A DNA stretch of 64,000 nt, from assembly GCF_006345805.1 (NCBI RefSeq), contig NC_043019.1, positions 29,387,360-29,451,359 of the forward strand, in the 5' to 3' direction. How positions within the stretch are numbered: the first letter of the stretch is position 1; each line of letters begins with the position of its first letter. This stretch comes from Octopus sinensis. Its lineage: Eukaryota. The notes below the pieces were generated by a model. That model searched no databases. It saw nothing but the letters and a program-made list of their open reading frames with translations, and had not been told where the DNA came from. The position numbers were made by a program, and so were the translations under genes. Below, piece by piece: positions 14,582 through 28,720 of this stretch.

Positions 14582-14786
14582 CACTGGTGCTGGTGCCACA
14601 TAAAAAGCATTCAGCTTTCTCTATAAAGTGGTTGGCAGTAGGGAGGGCTTCCAGCTGTAAAAAACCATGCCAAAATAGACAGTGGAGTTTGGAGCAGCCC
14701 TTGTGCTTTTTAGATCCTGTCAAACCATCCAACCCATGTCAGCATGGAAGACCGATATTAAATGATGCTGCTGATGATGATGATGG
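14582..14786 (+). mobile_element. RTE 3-prime tail copy
   Basis: CCATGTCAGCATGGAAGACCGATATTAAATGATG...(GAT)n tail. Confidence 0.7.
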
Positions 14787-14799
14787 ATGGATATATGTA

Positions 14800-15020
14800 T
14801 CCATGATAGATTGTTAGCTCCTACACGCATTTTTTTCTCTCCCTGTTTCTTTCCTTGCTTTTTTCTGTGTATCTTTCTGTCAAAGAGCGTAGGCTCGAAA
14901 CCTAAAAGACTTTTTCTATTTCTATTCCTGAGCGCTATGCTAATACATTTGTTTGTTTGTACTCCACCTGCCTTCGTCTTTTGTTTATTTTCATAAACTT
15001 TCCCTTTATTTATATATATA
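14800..15020 (+). mobile_element. Short dispersed element with a variant minimal hammerhead ribozyme motif (14872-14909)
   Basis: Closely matches 44655-44880; TCTTT-CTGTCAA-A-GAGC-GTAG-GCTC-GAAA-CC-TA-AAAGA (decayed core); ends in (AT)n. Confidence 0.65.
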
Positions 15021-15522
15021 CTAGCAGTATCGCCCGGCGTTGCTCGGGTTTGTAAGGGAAATAACTATATAAGCATTTTTAGAGAGTTACTTCCCTTATA
15101 GATGCCAATTCGGGCTTTCTTAGCCATTTCTGTTTTGGTGTCTTCAAGCCATGAAGTCGTTGTTCTAAAAGAACGCTGGTCTCCTTGACAACGCTTTACG
15201 ACGTTGATTTCCTTACACTCCCTTCCCCACAGCTTCACGAGGGAGGGAAGAAGGGGGAGAAGCAAACAGGTGCAGGTGTGACCATGGACGCCAACTCCGC
15301 CGCCATCGACACACGAAAAATTATGCGTTAAAATGGAATAAAAAATTATGTTAAATTATTTTTAAAATCGTAGACGCGCGCTAATACTCAGACGGGCTCG
15401 ATATGAATCACGACTATAAGATACCAGAATTTGGTTAAACTGCACCGCAAAATGTGGGAGTAGTTAGGAATCTAAATCATAGGAGACAGACACTCACACA
15501 ACTACAGTTTTATATATATAGA
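15021..15522 (-). mobile_element. Non-autonomous Helitron
   Basis: Minus strand starts A|TCTATATATATAAAACTG and ends with hairpin CCCGAGCAACGCCGGG followed by CTAG|T; A/T insertion site, no TSD. Confidence 0.85.
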
Positions 15523-16289
15523 TATATAGCTAACAGGTAAAGGTGCATGGATAGGTGGCTTGGGTGTTCAGTTCAGAATCATTCAGAATTTTTAGATTGT
15601 GAGTTTGATTCTCAGAATGAGTACTGCACTGTGACTTTGAAAAAAAACCCCACTTCATTTCACATTGATTCAGTCCCCTCAGCTAAAAATAGGTATCAAT
15701 AACAGCTGGGATGTGGGAGAGTAACCCTGCAGTGGACTAGTACCCTGTTCAGAGAGAACTGAATCTTGTACACACATATATATATTTGCACTAACATATT
15801 TTTGGGGAATTCTTTTTTTTCTTCTTTTTTGGCATTTTAAAAGAAAATATAATACAATTTGAATGCATGCTTAATAATGTCACCGGCATCTAATTAAGTA
15901 GAATATATTTCAGGCCCAAAGGCCTTTATGCCTGAAATATATAAAGGTTGTTCAACTTTCCCTTTCTGCATTGTTAGAAGCTCTCCTTCTTTGTTATTCT
16001 ATATCTGTGTCAAAATGCTTCAAGCAAACTACAATGCACTTCTAATTAACTATATTGTTCAGTGAGGAGGGATCAAAACTGAAGTTAGTCTCATCAAAGA
16101 TTTGACAACCACAGCCAATATCTTGATTGACATCAACTTGTTATATTACAACTTTGAATAAGAGTCAAATGTAAACTATGAAGGCATTTCAGCAAACTCT
16201 ACAAGAAAATCTGGACAACAATATTTTTATTCTATCCAATTTGAAATCTAATTGCAGCGCTTTTAGCAATTCAGTCAGAAGTGGAATTC

Positions 16290-16893
16290 TTAACCCTTTG
16301 GCACTGAAACCATCTCTACCTGGCCAAATATTTTACTTTATAGGTGCAGGAGTGGCTGTGTGGTAAGTAGCTTGCTTACGAACCACATGGTTCTGGGTTC
16401 AGTCCCACTGCATGGAACCTTGGGCAAATGTCTTCTACTATAGCCTTGGGCCGACCAAAGGCTTGTGAGTGGATTTGGTAGACGGAAACTGAAAGATGCC
16501 TGTCGTATATATGTGTGTGTGTGTGTTTGTGTGTCTGTCCTCCCAATATCGCTTGACAACCGATGCTGGTGTGTTCATGTCCCCGTAACTTAGCGGTTCG
16601 GCAAAAGAAACTGATAGAATAAGTACTAGGCTTACAAAGAATAAGTCCTGGGATTGATTTGCTCGACTAAAGGCGGTGCTCCAGCATGGCCGCAGTCAAA
16701 TGACTTGAGGCAAGTAAAAGAGTAAACTGACCAGATCCAGCATCTCATACCTACCATATAATGTCATTCTTAAAACGAACAATAACATCATCAAAATATT
16801 GAAGCAATAAGATAATGCTTGATTAATTCAAAACAATGAGAATAAATATGCATTAGATTTGACAGAGAATAGTCTGAATTCTAGAGGATTAAA
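16290..16893. mobile_element. TTAA/CCCT-ended piggyBac-like MITE interrupted by a family B SINE
   Basis: Begins TTAACCCTTTGGCA, ends AGAGGATTAA; halves match the MITE split by the RTE at 60685-62730. Confidence 0.6.
16343..16725 (+). mobile_element. SINE family B, full length
   Basis: tRNA-like head, core, (GT)n, tail CTCCAGCATGGCCGCAGTCAAATGACT; very similar to 52926-53333. Confidence 0.9.
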
Positions 16894-17400
16894 CTGCATC
16901 ATCAAGATTGGCTCAATGAAAACTATGCTGAAATCAACAAGCCAATCCCAATAAAAAAAAATTTTAAAAACTCTCTTAGATTTGATTAGGAAAACTTCAA
17001 CAAACTATTGAACAGACTACCAATTGCATCTTTAATTAAATGGAATATAATATTATTTATTAAAAAAAACCTTATGAATGTGTTGCTAATTTGGTGAGTA
17101 ATTTTCTTTATTACGCTCTAAATGTATAATTATGTAGATGAAGCTGGCTCTCAAATTGATTTATTGTCATACCTATAAAATCAATGTTGTTTTGCTTAAT
17201 GTTAAATGTCCTTGATTATATAAGTAAGCTGAGAATCAATTTAAGGCCTGACTTCATCAACATAACTGTACATAGAACATTGCAAAGAAAATTAAACACT
17301 AAACTAGCAACCCACACATGGTTTATCAAAGCATACTAATAAACTTCTTATTAAATCATGTCTCTTCAATAAGGTACCAAGAGTAATCAAATGTTTTCTG

Positions 17401-17620
17401 TGAGAGAGTGCTGAAAAGTTCCTGGCTTTGAGTAAAAGAAAACAGAGGAGGATCAGTTAATTATGATTTTATTTAACATATTCCCTGCCTCTCAGGTTCA
17501 CATGCTTGTTGCAGCAGTCCTTCAGTTTTTCTAAACCCTGTAAAAGAACTCAGAAGGTTGGGCCTCCAGCCAGGCCTTTCGCGATACCCTTAAAGCCAGA
17601 AACTTTTAAGTACTCCCTCA
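17401..17620. mobile_element. Tc1/mariner-type MITE
   Basis: About 30-bp TIRs: TGAGAGAGTGCTGAAAAGTTCCTGGCTTT / AAAGCCAGAAACTTTTAAGTACTCCCTCA followed by TA. Confidence 0.75.
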
Positions 17621-18459
17621 TATAGCTTTGTATCCTGGATAAAATGTTAGTAATATTTGAAGAAAAATGTCAAAACAAAATATTAAACAGACACAGAAAT
17701 AATCTCTTTAAGGCCTCAAATGCATAGACACCTACTTAAAAACTAAACAACATAAAAATAAGAGTGGCATGAAAACCCAATAGATCAAATATTTCTTTTC
17801 TTATATCAAATTTCATTCTTTGTCTGTTTACATAGTATTGTGCACATAACAAAGTTAGAGTGACCTTGTTTCTTTAATAAATTAATAAGTTTGCTCATAT
17901 AAACCTTAATGATATTCCAATAGAAAGAAAATGAAATTTTAATTAAACACACATTTCCTTTTCATTTTAAATTATTTTCTCTTTAAAGTTTTTTATAAGC
18001 AATGAAGTTAAATTAACCTCTCTTCCTGAAAAATAACAAGTGTTTCAGACCATAAGCTTGCACCTCCTAGTAAACAAATAAATGCATATAAGTTTACATC
18101 AAACAACACAGAATATATATATGCATGTATACATATACTAAACAGTGCAAATAAAATGCTATGACACAGATGCATGTATGCATATAGCCGACAATTTAAA
18201 AGAATACTTAGACACAAAACCACGTATACAATGATGTTTAAACAACTATGTTGAAACAAACATGAGAATAGAAATAACAGCAAATGAAAACGCATACCAT
18301 ACATAGTGAAAAAAAAATTTATTTACATTTGCCTTTTAAGGGAGAAACGATAACAGGTGGTTCATGAAACATTATCTGAAGAACTAAATCATGGTGAAAC
18401 TATTAGCAGTAATATAAAAAAAGAAACGATTATTTAGCTAATCATTTGATATATATGCG

Positions 18460-18760
18460 TGCCAGTGGCATGTGAAAAACATTCGAGCGAGGTCGTTGCC
18501 AGCGCCGCTGGACTGGCTCATAAAAAACATCATTTGAGTGTGACCGTTGCCAATACCGCCTGACTGGCCCTTGTGCCGGTGGCATGTAAAAGCACCCACT
18601 ACACTCTTGAAGTGGTTGGGGTTAGGAAGGGCATTCAGCTGTAGAATCTCTGCCAGATCAGATTGAAGCCTGGTACAGCCATCTGGTTCGCCAGTCCTCG
18701 GTCAAATCGTCCAACCCATGCTAGCATGGAAAGTGAACGTTAAAGGATGATGACAATGAC
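18460..18760 (+). mobile_element. RTE 3-prime tail copy with about 65-bp repeat units
   Basis: GCCGGTGGCATGTAAAAGCACC units, AGGAAGGGCATTCAGCTGTAGAA, (GAT)n-like end. Confidence 0.75.
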
Positions 18761-20262
18761 ACACACATATAAACATTAAGTGTGAGACGTGAAGATAGAA
18801 TTATTTTTCTATATGAGTTTGGATTTATTCATCGTCATTTAACGTCTGTCTTCCATGTTGGCACAGGTTGGACAGCTTGACAGAAGCTGTCAAGGCAACA
18901 AGCTGCACCAGGTTCCATTGTCTGCTTTGGCATGGTTTTTACAGCTGGATGCCCTTCCTAACACCAACCACTTTACAGAGTGTATTGGGGGTGTTTCACA
19001 TGGCACCAGCATACTGAAATTAATGCTACATGAAGAAGGTTGCAGAATGGTTGCGATCATGATGCTAAATTTCTAGTTACATGGACACCTTACTATAGAC
19101 AATAGCCAATTCCAAATGGGAAGGTTATTGTGATAGTTACATGCTTCTGTGAATCCATATTCTATACTAGTATTTTATTTATATATATCTAATGTCCATG
19201 TGTATGTGTGTGTGGATGCATGTATGTATGTAATGCCTGCATCATCATTACATCACTGCTTTACATATTTTTATGCATGTATAAGCTATATGGATCTATT
19301 CACATAGTGTCTCACAACATGCTACAATCCTTTGTCATCTGATACACACCACAACAATAGAAAACTGCCAGTCTTTGTCTTTGTATATGTCATGATTTTG
19401 TCATGGTTTTAACAGATTCCCTGGCCATCAGAAAGCTTGTCTCTCAGGACTAAAGTACTTCCTCCACTCTAACAGTCCCCAACCTCTTTTGTGCCATGGA
19501 TTGGTACACAAAACAAAACACAATAAAGTGCAAAATATATAATCTAATTATTACATACATAATACATTTATTTGATAATACATATATAAATGCAAAAAAT
19601 ACCTTATACACTGCAGTAGCCAATAAAATAGAAATAAAATTAAAAAGCTCATTCTTTCTGCACAGCCTGGTACTAGTCCACTGCCTAGTGGTTGCGGAGA
19701 CCAACTCTACACTGTATCAGTTTTAATTCAGAATTACTACCCTGCTAGATGGCTTGCCCTTACTGCAGCTTGCAGGGACCACTCTCTTTCAGTTTTTCCT
19801 CTATTTGACATTGTTTTACTGACTTCTCATAACTAATCCCTTTACACTACAAACTGTGTGCATTTTATAGACCCTTGACGAAATGCTTAAGGAAATTACG
19901 TTATCTTCATCATTAGTTGATCAGACCAATGAAAGAATAAGATTTTATGCTTTATATTTTTTTATATCCATTTTACCATCATCATTTTAATGTCCACTTT
20001 TCCATGTTTGCTTGATTTGGACAAAACTTCTGAGGCAAATATTTTACAGTTGGATGCCCTTCCTGTTGCCAACCCTCACCTGTTTCCAAGCAAGGTGATA
20101 TTTTCCCATGACCAGGCATGTTTTCATGGAAGATTGAGAATGAAAGACACTGCTTGCATGATGGAGATATTTATTTCCAACAATCCAGCAATGATAAGGC
20201 ATAGAGTCAATAACACACATACACACACACAAATATATATATATATATATATATATACATAC

Positions 20263-20295
<33 letters not shown>

Positions 20296-21528
20296 TAATA
20301 GGCTTCTTTCAGTTTCCATCAAGCAAATCTACTCACAAAGACTATGGTAGAAGACACTTGCCCAAAGTGTCATACAATGAGATTGAACCCGAACATGTGG
20401 TTGGAAAGCAAATTTCTTACCACATAGGTACATCTGTGCCTTTGCCATGACAGTATTAGATGTAAGAGATATCTATCTGCAAAATCATAGCAGTAAAACC
20501 ATGGCATGCAAAAAAAGATTGGCAGTTTTCTCTGTTCTGATCTTGTATGTGTCATATGTCAAAGGGTAGTGACATATTGGGAGACACTGTGTTGGAACAA
20601 AGCCATATAACTCATCCTGGCATGAAAAAAAAAATGTATGCAAAACAACTATAATATATTATGTAAATACACACACACACACACACACAGGTCACTAGTT
20701 TTCTGTGCCTACAAGGGTCATTGATCCAGCCCTTTCTTCCTAACTAAACCATAAACAAATTTAAGTAACTGAGATAATAGCCCCCACATATCTAGTACTT
20801 CTGTTCTTGATTACGAGGTGAAATGTAAGCCAGCCTGTAAAATAACATGCTGTCTGTCTGTCTGTCTGCATCTGTCTCTCTTTTTCTGGAGACACAATGA
20901 AAGTCAGTACTGCAGACTGATCATAAAGTGGGATGTGTGACAAGTGGGGGTGGGTGGGGGGGAAGTGTTGTTTTTCTTGGAATGCCAAACATTCCCCGGC
21001 ACACCACCACCAGTCAAACAACCAATCTCTTTTATATTTATTTATCTTTGAATTCTTTTTTTTTTTTCCACATAAATTCTTTCAGAAAATAAATATTCTT
21101 TTCATTATCAATCCAACTTAATTCAAAACATCAAAATACTAATTCTTTCTGTTATCCAATTTTGATTTATATAATCATTTTACCATAGAAGGAATCAACT
21201 GAACTGGTGAATAGGTGAGATGAAAGCAATATATTTCTAAGAAAATTTGTGTCAGAAACTTGCATCATCATCATCATCATCATCATCACCACCACCATCC
21301 TTAATATTTGTTTCTTTGAATTATTTTTTTTATTTACTTTTTTTTTTTGGTTGTTCTGTGTATGTGAGAGGGGTGTATGTGCGCTTATTTATTATATTTT
21401 TCGGTATATATTAATTCATAGGAAATTTATTCAATATAACAAAAGTGATAAGAGAAAAGATATTTTCAAAAGATTAGCATATATATATCATATTATATAT
21501 TAAAGAAAATAATAATAATAATAATAAT

Positions 21529-21582
<54 letters not shown>

Positions 21583-22261
21583 CAGATGATTTATAATTAA
21601 GTTTTGTATGTAATGTTTGTTCTTTCATTTTGCTGTTGTTGAAATTATTATTATTACCTTTTTACTTTTTTTTTTACCATTTTATATTTTTACAGAAGTC
21701 ATATCGCAGTGGAGTGTTCAGAAAAACGAATAAACAATCGGCAAAGCGGCTGTATGCATAATGATAATACAGAAGAGAAACATTTTTCTTACAAAATAAC
21801 CAAGAATGAATAGCAGAATGTGAATGGAAAACATTGAAAGGACATACATTTCATAAGATATGTAAACATTATGTATTTTGGAATGAAACAAATCTATTAT
21901 CCAACATTAAAAAAAAGGACAAATAAAAGAAAAAAAAGGACAAATAAAAGAAGAAAAACAAATAATCTGAATAAAGTTATGAAAAATACAAAAACAAAAT
22001 CAAAAACAAACAACCATGAATTTATTGACAGAAACCAAAAAAAAAAAAAAAAGCTGTCGCTGCTTATGAGGAAAAAAATAATAGCTTGTGTGTGTGTGTG
22101 GGGGGGGTGTAGTATAGATTTCTTATGAAACCCTTTCAATAACAATATAAAAGATAAACCAATGAATGAGAGAAGTATTCTGTGGTCACTTGACCTACTA
22201 AACGTACCAGGCAAATTTTCCTGAAAACACATCCTATCATCTTGAAAAAGCAAATATTTAA

Positions 22262-22428
22262 CCCTTTAACTGTGAAATTAAATATAATGTTTATATTCCA
22301 GTGTGGTATTTCCTGCAAGTCACGTTGCCTCAATAAACTTGATATATCTCAACTGCAAACAGTTTCAAACATAACATTCCTTAACTAAAGATAAGACTGG
22401 TATATAAAACAGCTTTCACAGTTAAGGG
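22262..22428. mobile_element. piggyBac-like MITE
   Basis: TTAA + CCCTTTAACTGTGAAA ... TTTCACAGTTAAGGG inverted termini. Confidence 0.65.
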
Positions 22429-23626
22429 TAATGAAATTTTGAGCAGATACATATGTGTTTTCTGTAGTAAAAGGGTTAAGACTACATTGTATTATGTGAT
22501 ACTGGACACAAAAATCCTGAAAACAAAAGGATGTAATAGCCATTGCTGAAATCATAGATCTTACTGAATCAGAGCTGACCTGAGGCTCAACAACAACACC
22601 AACAATACAAAAGTAATACTGATAACATAAACAGGCAATAAACTAGATATAATTAAAAGTAAAAACTAGCAGACAACAAGCAAAATATCAACCGTCAATA
22701 AATTTACTTTGAGTTTTCAAATCCTTGTTCAGCTAACAGAATATTTAGGTATTTTACAAAACAAAAATTATGTAATGCTCTCTGCTCACACATTAACTTT
22801 TTAGCATTCAGGTTACTCTGTCAAGAGTAATGCTAACTTATTCACATTGTTTTGACTTAATCATGCATTATCTCATATCTTTGCAATTTCGATGATGCGA
22901 TCATTTCTTCTTAAAAACACATTTTCTCTTTGGCCAAACCCTCACTAACTTTTTCAAGTTCCACTTGAAAAGGAAAGTAAGGGTGGAGAGAGAAGTGCTG
23001 CCTTATAGAAAATTTGTTGAAAGGTGACTGAATGTGGCAAAAATGATCTGAGTGGATGGGCCTACTCTAAGCATGCACCTAGAGATTAATGAAGGAGGAT
23101 GAGGAGAAGGCACTCGCTTTAGTGGTCAGGGGGGCTGTGGTTTTGTGGGGTTTTCATGAACAGCTCATGGAAGTTCACCCTCAGGGGAATTTTCTTGTTT
23201 GAATTTCTGGGGTTTTTTTTTTTGCTTATGTTATTTCACTTTTCACACACCTTCATGTAACCCCATGTCATATCACATCATATCATGTCATATTGTATCA
23301 TCATGTACTGTCCTCAATCTGCTTGTAAACCCTTGGTGATTAATAAAAAATCAAGAAGCATCTTTATTATTGCCAAGGTGGTGAGGGGACAGAATTTTTA
23401 GAGCATCAGATAAAATGCCTTGCAGTATGTCATCTGGCCTATTACATTCTGAGTTCAATTACCACTAAGTTTAAATTTGCCTTTCATACTTTTGGCATCA
23501 ATAAAATAAGTACTAGTGAAGAACTGGGAACGATGTAATTGACTTGGCCCCTCACCTCAAACTGCTGGTCTTGTGCCAAAATTTGAAACCATTATTATCA
23601 TCATTATTATTATTATTATTATTATT

Positions 23627-23919
23627 ACACCATCCGATCGTGGCCGTTGCCAGCCTCGCCTGCCTCCGTGCCGGTGGCACGTAAAAAGCACCATCCGATC
23701 GTGGCTGTTTGCCAGCCTCGTCTGGCACCTGTGCCGGTGGCACGTAAAAAGCAGCCACTACACTCATGGGGTGGTTGGCGTTAGGAAGGGCATCCAGCTA
23801 TAGAAACATTGCCAGATCAGACTGGGCCTGGTGCAGCCTTCTAGCTTCCCAGACCCCAGTTGAACCGTCCAACCCATGCTAGCGTGGAAGGCGGACGCTA
23901 AACGATGATGATGATGATG
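23627..23919 (+). mobile_element. RTE 3-prime tail copy (young-looking, CpG-rich)
   Basis: Two repeat units plus the conserved tail ending GCGGACGCTAAACGATGATGATGAT. Confidence 0.8.
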
Positions 23920-25992
23920 ATTATTATTATTATTATTAAGGTGGCAAGCTAGCAGAATCGTTAGCACACTGGACAGAATGCTAAGTAGTATTTCACCCAT
24001 CGTTACGTTCTGAGTTCAAATTCCATTGAGGTCAACTTTGCCTTTCATCTTTTTGAGGTCAATAAATTAAGTACCAGGGGAAACACTGGGTTCAAGGTCA
24101 TTGACTAGTCCTCTCCCCTAAATTTCAGGCCTTGTGCTTATTATTATTGGATTGGCAGAATTGTCAGTGTTGGACAAAATTCCTTCTGGTATTTATCATT
24201 CTGATCTCAAATACCACAAAGATCAAATTTCATTCTTACAGGTCAATAAATTATAGTAATGGTCAAGTACTGGGAATGATTTAATTTACTAACCAATTAC
24301 CACAAATCATTGAACTTGAGCTAAAGTTTGCCTTGATTTCCCTGTCTGTGTGGATTGACATATCTCGAGAGAATGGTAACTTATTCACTCTCTTCAACTG
24401 TTTATGATATATGTTTTTACCATCTCTCTTCCATTGGTGTTTCATAAGGCTGGCATTTTTATATGCCATGGCTTATTAAGCACAAACACATGCTGAGACT
24501 GCCATATATCCAGTTTGTGAAGCATATATTTTCATATTTCATTCTCAGTAAAACGAAAGCCAAGTTTGAGTGTTTCGCATCCGATTTATTTTCAAGGATT
24601 CAGTCCTCTGCTAGTCTGGCAATGCAACTAGTGGTATATCAACCCTTGCAATCTAGAGAGGGTTACTGGTGGCCAAGAAAGACAATATTCTTGGGGTGAC
24701 CGAACAACCTACTTCAGAGAACTTTCAGCTCGAAACTATGGACAACTACCAAAAATCCCTGGCCTAGAGGCATTGTCAGCTTGGGAGATAAACTCTACAG
24801 TCACAGTAGATTCATTAGCTGGACCTGTGTGAAAAGCACTAAGGGAGATAAATCTACTTTACAAACACTCATTCAGTGCCCAGATATTGCTCACTTGTGG
24901 AATTATGTGAAACAGTTGTTATTGTCAAGTGTAATATGGATCTGGCTTTCAGCCAAGTCCATAGCAAGGATCACCCCCCACTATCTTCCCTTGATTGGAA
25001 AGGGCAGATAGTTTCCTCTGTCTGGTGGCCATGGCTAAAGACAAAGTATGAGGGACAAGATGGATAGGACCGAAGAGAAGCATTTCCTCTTTGGTCAAGC
25101 CCTCAACAACTTTTCCAAATTGCACTTGGTGAAAAAGGGGAAAGGTACTGAAGGAAATGGTACCCTCCAGTGATTTTTCTGAAAGTCAAGTGAAGGTAGC
25201 AAGAATGGCACTTGCTCTTGAGAATCAGAATAATCCAAGATCAGCGGGATTACTTGGGTAGCTCTTGTAGCCATTCTCCTGTTGGGATGTGTTGTTTCAT
25301 ATCATTTGTAAATCATTGTTTTCCAAGCCTGTTCTGTATTTTTTTTGTTTTGTTTCATATTTTCCCCCACAACCTATAGGCACAGGTGTGACTGTCTGGT
25401 TAAGAAGCCTGCTTCGCAACCATATGGCCTTCAGTTCAGTCCCACCGTATAGTACCTTGAACAAGTGTTTTCTTCTATCACCCCAGGCCAGCCAAAGCTT
25501 TGTGAGTGGATTTGGCAGACAGAAAACAGAAAGAAGCCTGTTATTTTTATGTGCATTTATCCCCTACACCAGTGCTTTGCAAACATTTTGCTGGAGCGGA
25601 ACCCCAAGGAAACATTCCACTGGCTCGAGGAACCCCTGTGCAATAATTTAATAGTCTTATGCACACATATCTGCACAGGAGAATTAAAAATTACTGCCGA
25701 TTTTAGCAAGTTTTGTAACTTCTTGCGGAACCCGTGGACTGTACTGGCGGAACCCTAAGGTTTCGCGGAACCCTGGTTGAAAACCACTGCCCTACACCAT
25801 AGCTTGACAACCAGTGAGTGTTTATTTACAACCCTGTAACTTAGCAGTTCAGCAAAAGAGATTGAGATAATAAGTACTCTGCTTTAAAAGAATAAATACT
25901 GAAGTTAATTCATTTGTCTAAAACTCCACAAGGTGGCGCCCCAGTATGATCGCAGTTTAATGACTGAAACAAGATATCGATTCTGCATTTAC

Positions 25993-26059
25993 TTGCACTG
26001 TTTCTTTTTTATCCTTCTTTCCAGAGTTTCTTTTGGTAACGCCCTCTTCATCTATCGCC
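25993..26059 (-). CDS. Candidate internal exon of an unidentified host gene (AIDEEGVTKRNSGKKDKKETVQ)
   Basis: TTTTATTTGCAACAAG acceptor, CAA|GTAAAT donor, single open frame, non-repetitive; no homology recognised. Confidence 0.3.
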
Positions 26060-27019
26060 CTTGTTGCAAATAAAAGAAACCCTTAATATTATTATTATTA
26101 GTATGATGATGCCGATGATGATGATGATGGCTATGATATTCTGAATAAATTCACAATTTAATATATTGTTCCCGTTTCATTTTTTTCATGACCAAAGACA
26201 AATGACTTAACAAAAGGAATTCATTTGTTAAACCCAGTGAATGGTAGCGGAGAGAAAAAGGGAAAATGAATGTAATTTCTTCACTTGCTTTTTGTCTTTG
26301 TTTTTCCTATAATGATGATGATGATGAGATTATGTTGTTGTTTGTGGTGGTGGTATTATCATTATTATTATTATTAGTAGTAGTAGTAGTGTGGTGGTGG
26401 TGGTGGTGGTGGTGGTAGTAGTGGTGGTGGTGGTGGTAGTAGTAGTAGTGGCAGAGGTGGCAGCAGCAGCATCATTTCCACCACCATTGCCATCATCATC
26501 GTTATTATTATTATTACTTCATTGTAAGAGTTGACTACTGCTCCATTAGTTCAGGCCTTGCCTGTATCTTTTTCTACTGCACATGTTGAATGTGGTTTAC
26601 TATGCATGTTGCATTACAAGCACACACACACACACAAAATATATATTTTATAATATAAATATATATTGGAGATTTCCTTCTCCTAGGTAGATTACCGACC
26701 AAGGTTAAGGAGCGTCTACCTTCCCATGAGGAAGGCTATCCCAAGCCAGACACCAAACTGACACCCAAACTGCTTTCCAAATCAGTGATTGCTTATGTTC
26801 TGGAGGAATTAGAAAGTACAGAGCTAGTGGATGATATGCTGGCAGCAAATGTCAACAAACGTTGCCTGTTGACGTAACAAACAGTTACACCTTGGTGTAA
26901 CTTCTACCATTCACACAGACACATCGCAAAGATGTGCCCCAGAATGGCTACAGCAATGGGCTGAAACACAAAAGAATAAACATATATAATATATACACAT
27001 ATGTATATATATACTGTAG

Positions 27020-27420
27020 TCATAGCTGATGCTGGTGTCATGTAACTGGCACGTAAAAAGCACTTTTCAAGTGTTGGGCCTCACGGAGGCAGCGTGGCCA
27101 ATGCTGGTGGCACGAGAGAAGCACCTTTTGAGTGTTGTGCCTCACAACACTCAATGATGGATGACTGAGGCATTTGGCATTATGCTCTACTTGACAAGAA
27201 GACCCATCAAGCTAAGTAAAATCACAGTTGTAGCAGATACTGGGGTCACACAAATGGCACCCATGCCAGTGGTACATAACTGCACCCATCACACATCCAG
27301 CCACAGAAACCATGCCAAATCAAACTGGAGTCTGGTGCAGCCTTCCAGCGTGCCAGCCCTGATAAACCATCTAACCCATGCCAGCATGGACAACAAACTT
27401 TAAATGATGATGATGCTGAT
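27020..27420 (+). mobile_element. RTE 3-prime tail copy
   Basis: Degenerate repeat units and CCCATGCCAGCATGGACAACAAACTTTAAATGATGATG tail. Confidence 0.65.
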
Positions 27421-27479
27421 ATATGCACACATATATCTAATATATAAATTTATATATCATATACCACATATATATATAT

Positions 27480-27679
27480 ATATATTTATATATGCATATA
27501 CACAGTATATATATTTATATATATGTATAAGCATATACACAGTAGATATATTTATATATATATATGCATATACACAGTATATATATTTATATATATATGC
27601 ATATACACAGTATATATATATTTATATATATATGCATATACACAGTATATATATTTATATATACATATGCATATACACA

Positions 27680-27710
<31 letters not shown>
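27480..27710. repeat. AT-rich minisatellite, about 36-bp unit TATATATGCATATACACAGTATATATATTTA
   Basis: About five visible tandem copies. Confidence 0.75.
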
Positions 27711-27713
<3 letters not shown>

Positions 27714-27831
27714 CCCACAAACATACAGAAGATTTGAATGAACTACCACATTGAAAACCTATTTTGGGATTCAAATATAGTAGTTGCTTTACACTTACTG
27801 TGCTGGCAGCATGCATATGTGCGCATGTGTG

Positions 27832-27891
<60 letters not shown>

Positions 27892-28354
27892 AACATCTAC
27901 ATACACACAATCATATATACACGAACGTGTGTTTATGAATATACATACATGTGCACACATACACAAACTTTGTAATGCTTCAGTAAAAATGCATAAAAAT
28001 CAATATATTAAATGCTTTGATCAATTGGTATAAGTACATATATCTAAAATTTAGGAATCATGTACAGCTATTTAATTCTTAATGGTAGCTAGCCAAAATG
28101 AAAATAAACACAAAATTAAAAAAAAAGAAAAAATAAATAACATTATTAATAACGGTGTCTAATTTAGGCACAAAGCCAGCAGGTTCGAGGAGAGAGAATT
28201 AGTGAACATCATCGACACCAATACTTGACTGGTACATTATATATCGACTTGGGAGAGATGAAAGGCAAAATTGACCTCAACAGGATTTCAATTCATTGTG
28301 TGTGTGTGTGTGTGTGTGTGTGTATTCACTCATGTATATTATAAGTATATATTT

Positions 28355-28720
28355 TGTATCGCTCTTACTTTTACTTGTTTCAGTCATTTGACTGTGGCCA
28401 TGCTGGAGCACCACCTTTAGTCGAGGAGCAAATCGCCCCCAGGACTTATTCTTTGTAAGCCTAGTACTTATTCTATCAGTCTCTTTTGCTGAACCGCTAA
28501 CACACCAGCATCGGTTGTCAAGCGATGTTGGGGGACACAAACACACATATGTATGCATATACACGACAGGCTTCTTTCAGTTTCTGTCTGACAAATCCAG
28601 TTACAAGGCTTTGGTTGGCCCAAGGCTATAGTTGAAGACACTTGCCCAAGGTGCCATGCAGTGAGACTGAACCTGGAACTACGTGGTTGGTAAGCAAGCT
28701 ACTTACCACACAGCCACTCG
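28355..28720 (-). mobile_element. SINE family B copy
   Basis: Reverse complement of family B head, core and tail. Confidence 0.8.

Noticed and set aside
26080-26520. Low-complexity (GAT)n/(GGT)n/(AGT)n/(TAT)n block as coding poly-amino-acid tracts
   Set aside because: Mixed trinucleotide microsatellites with stops and no splice context.
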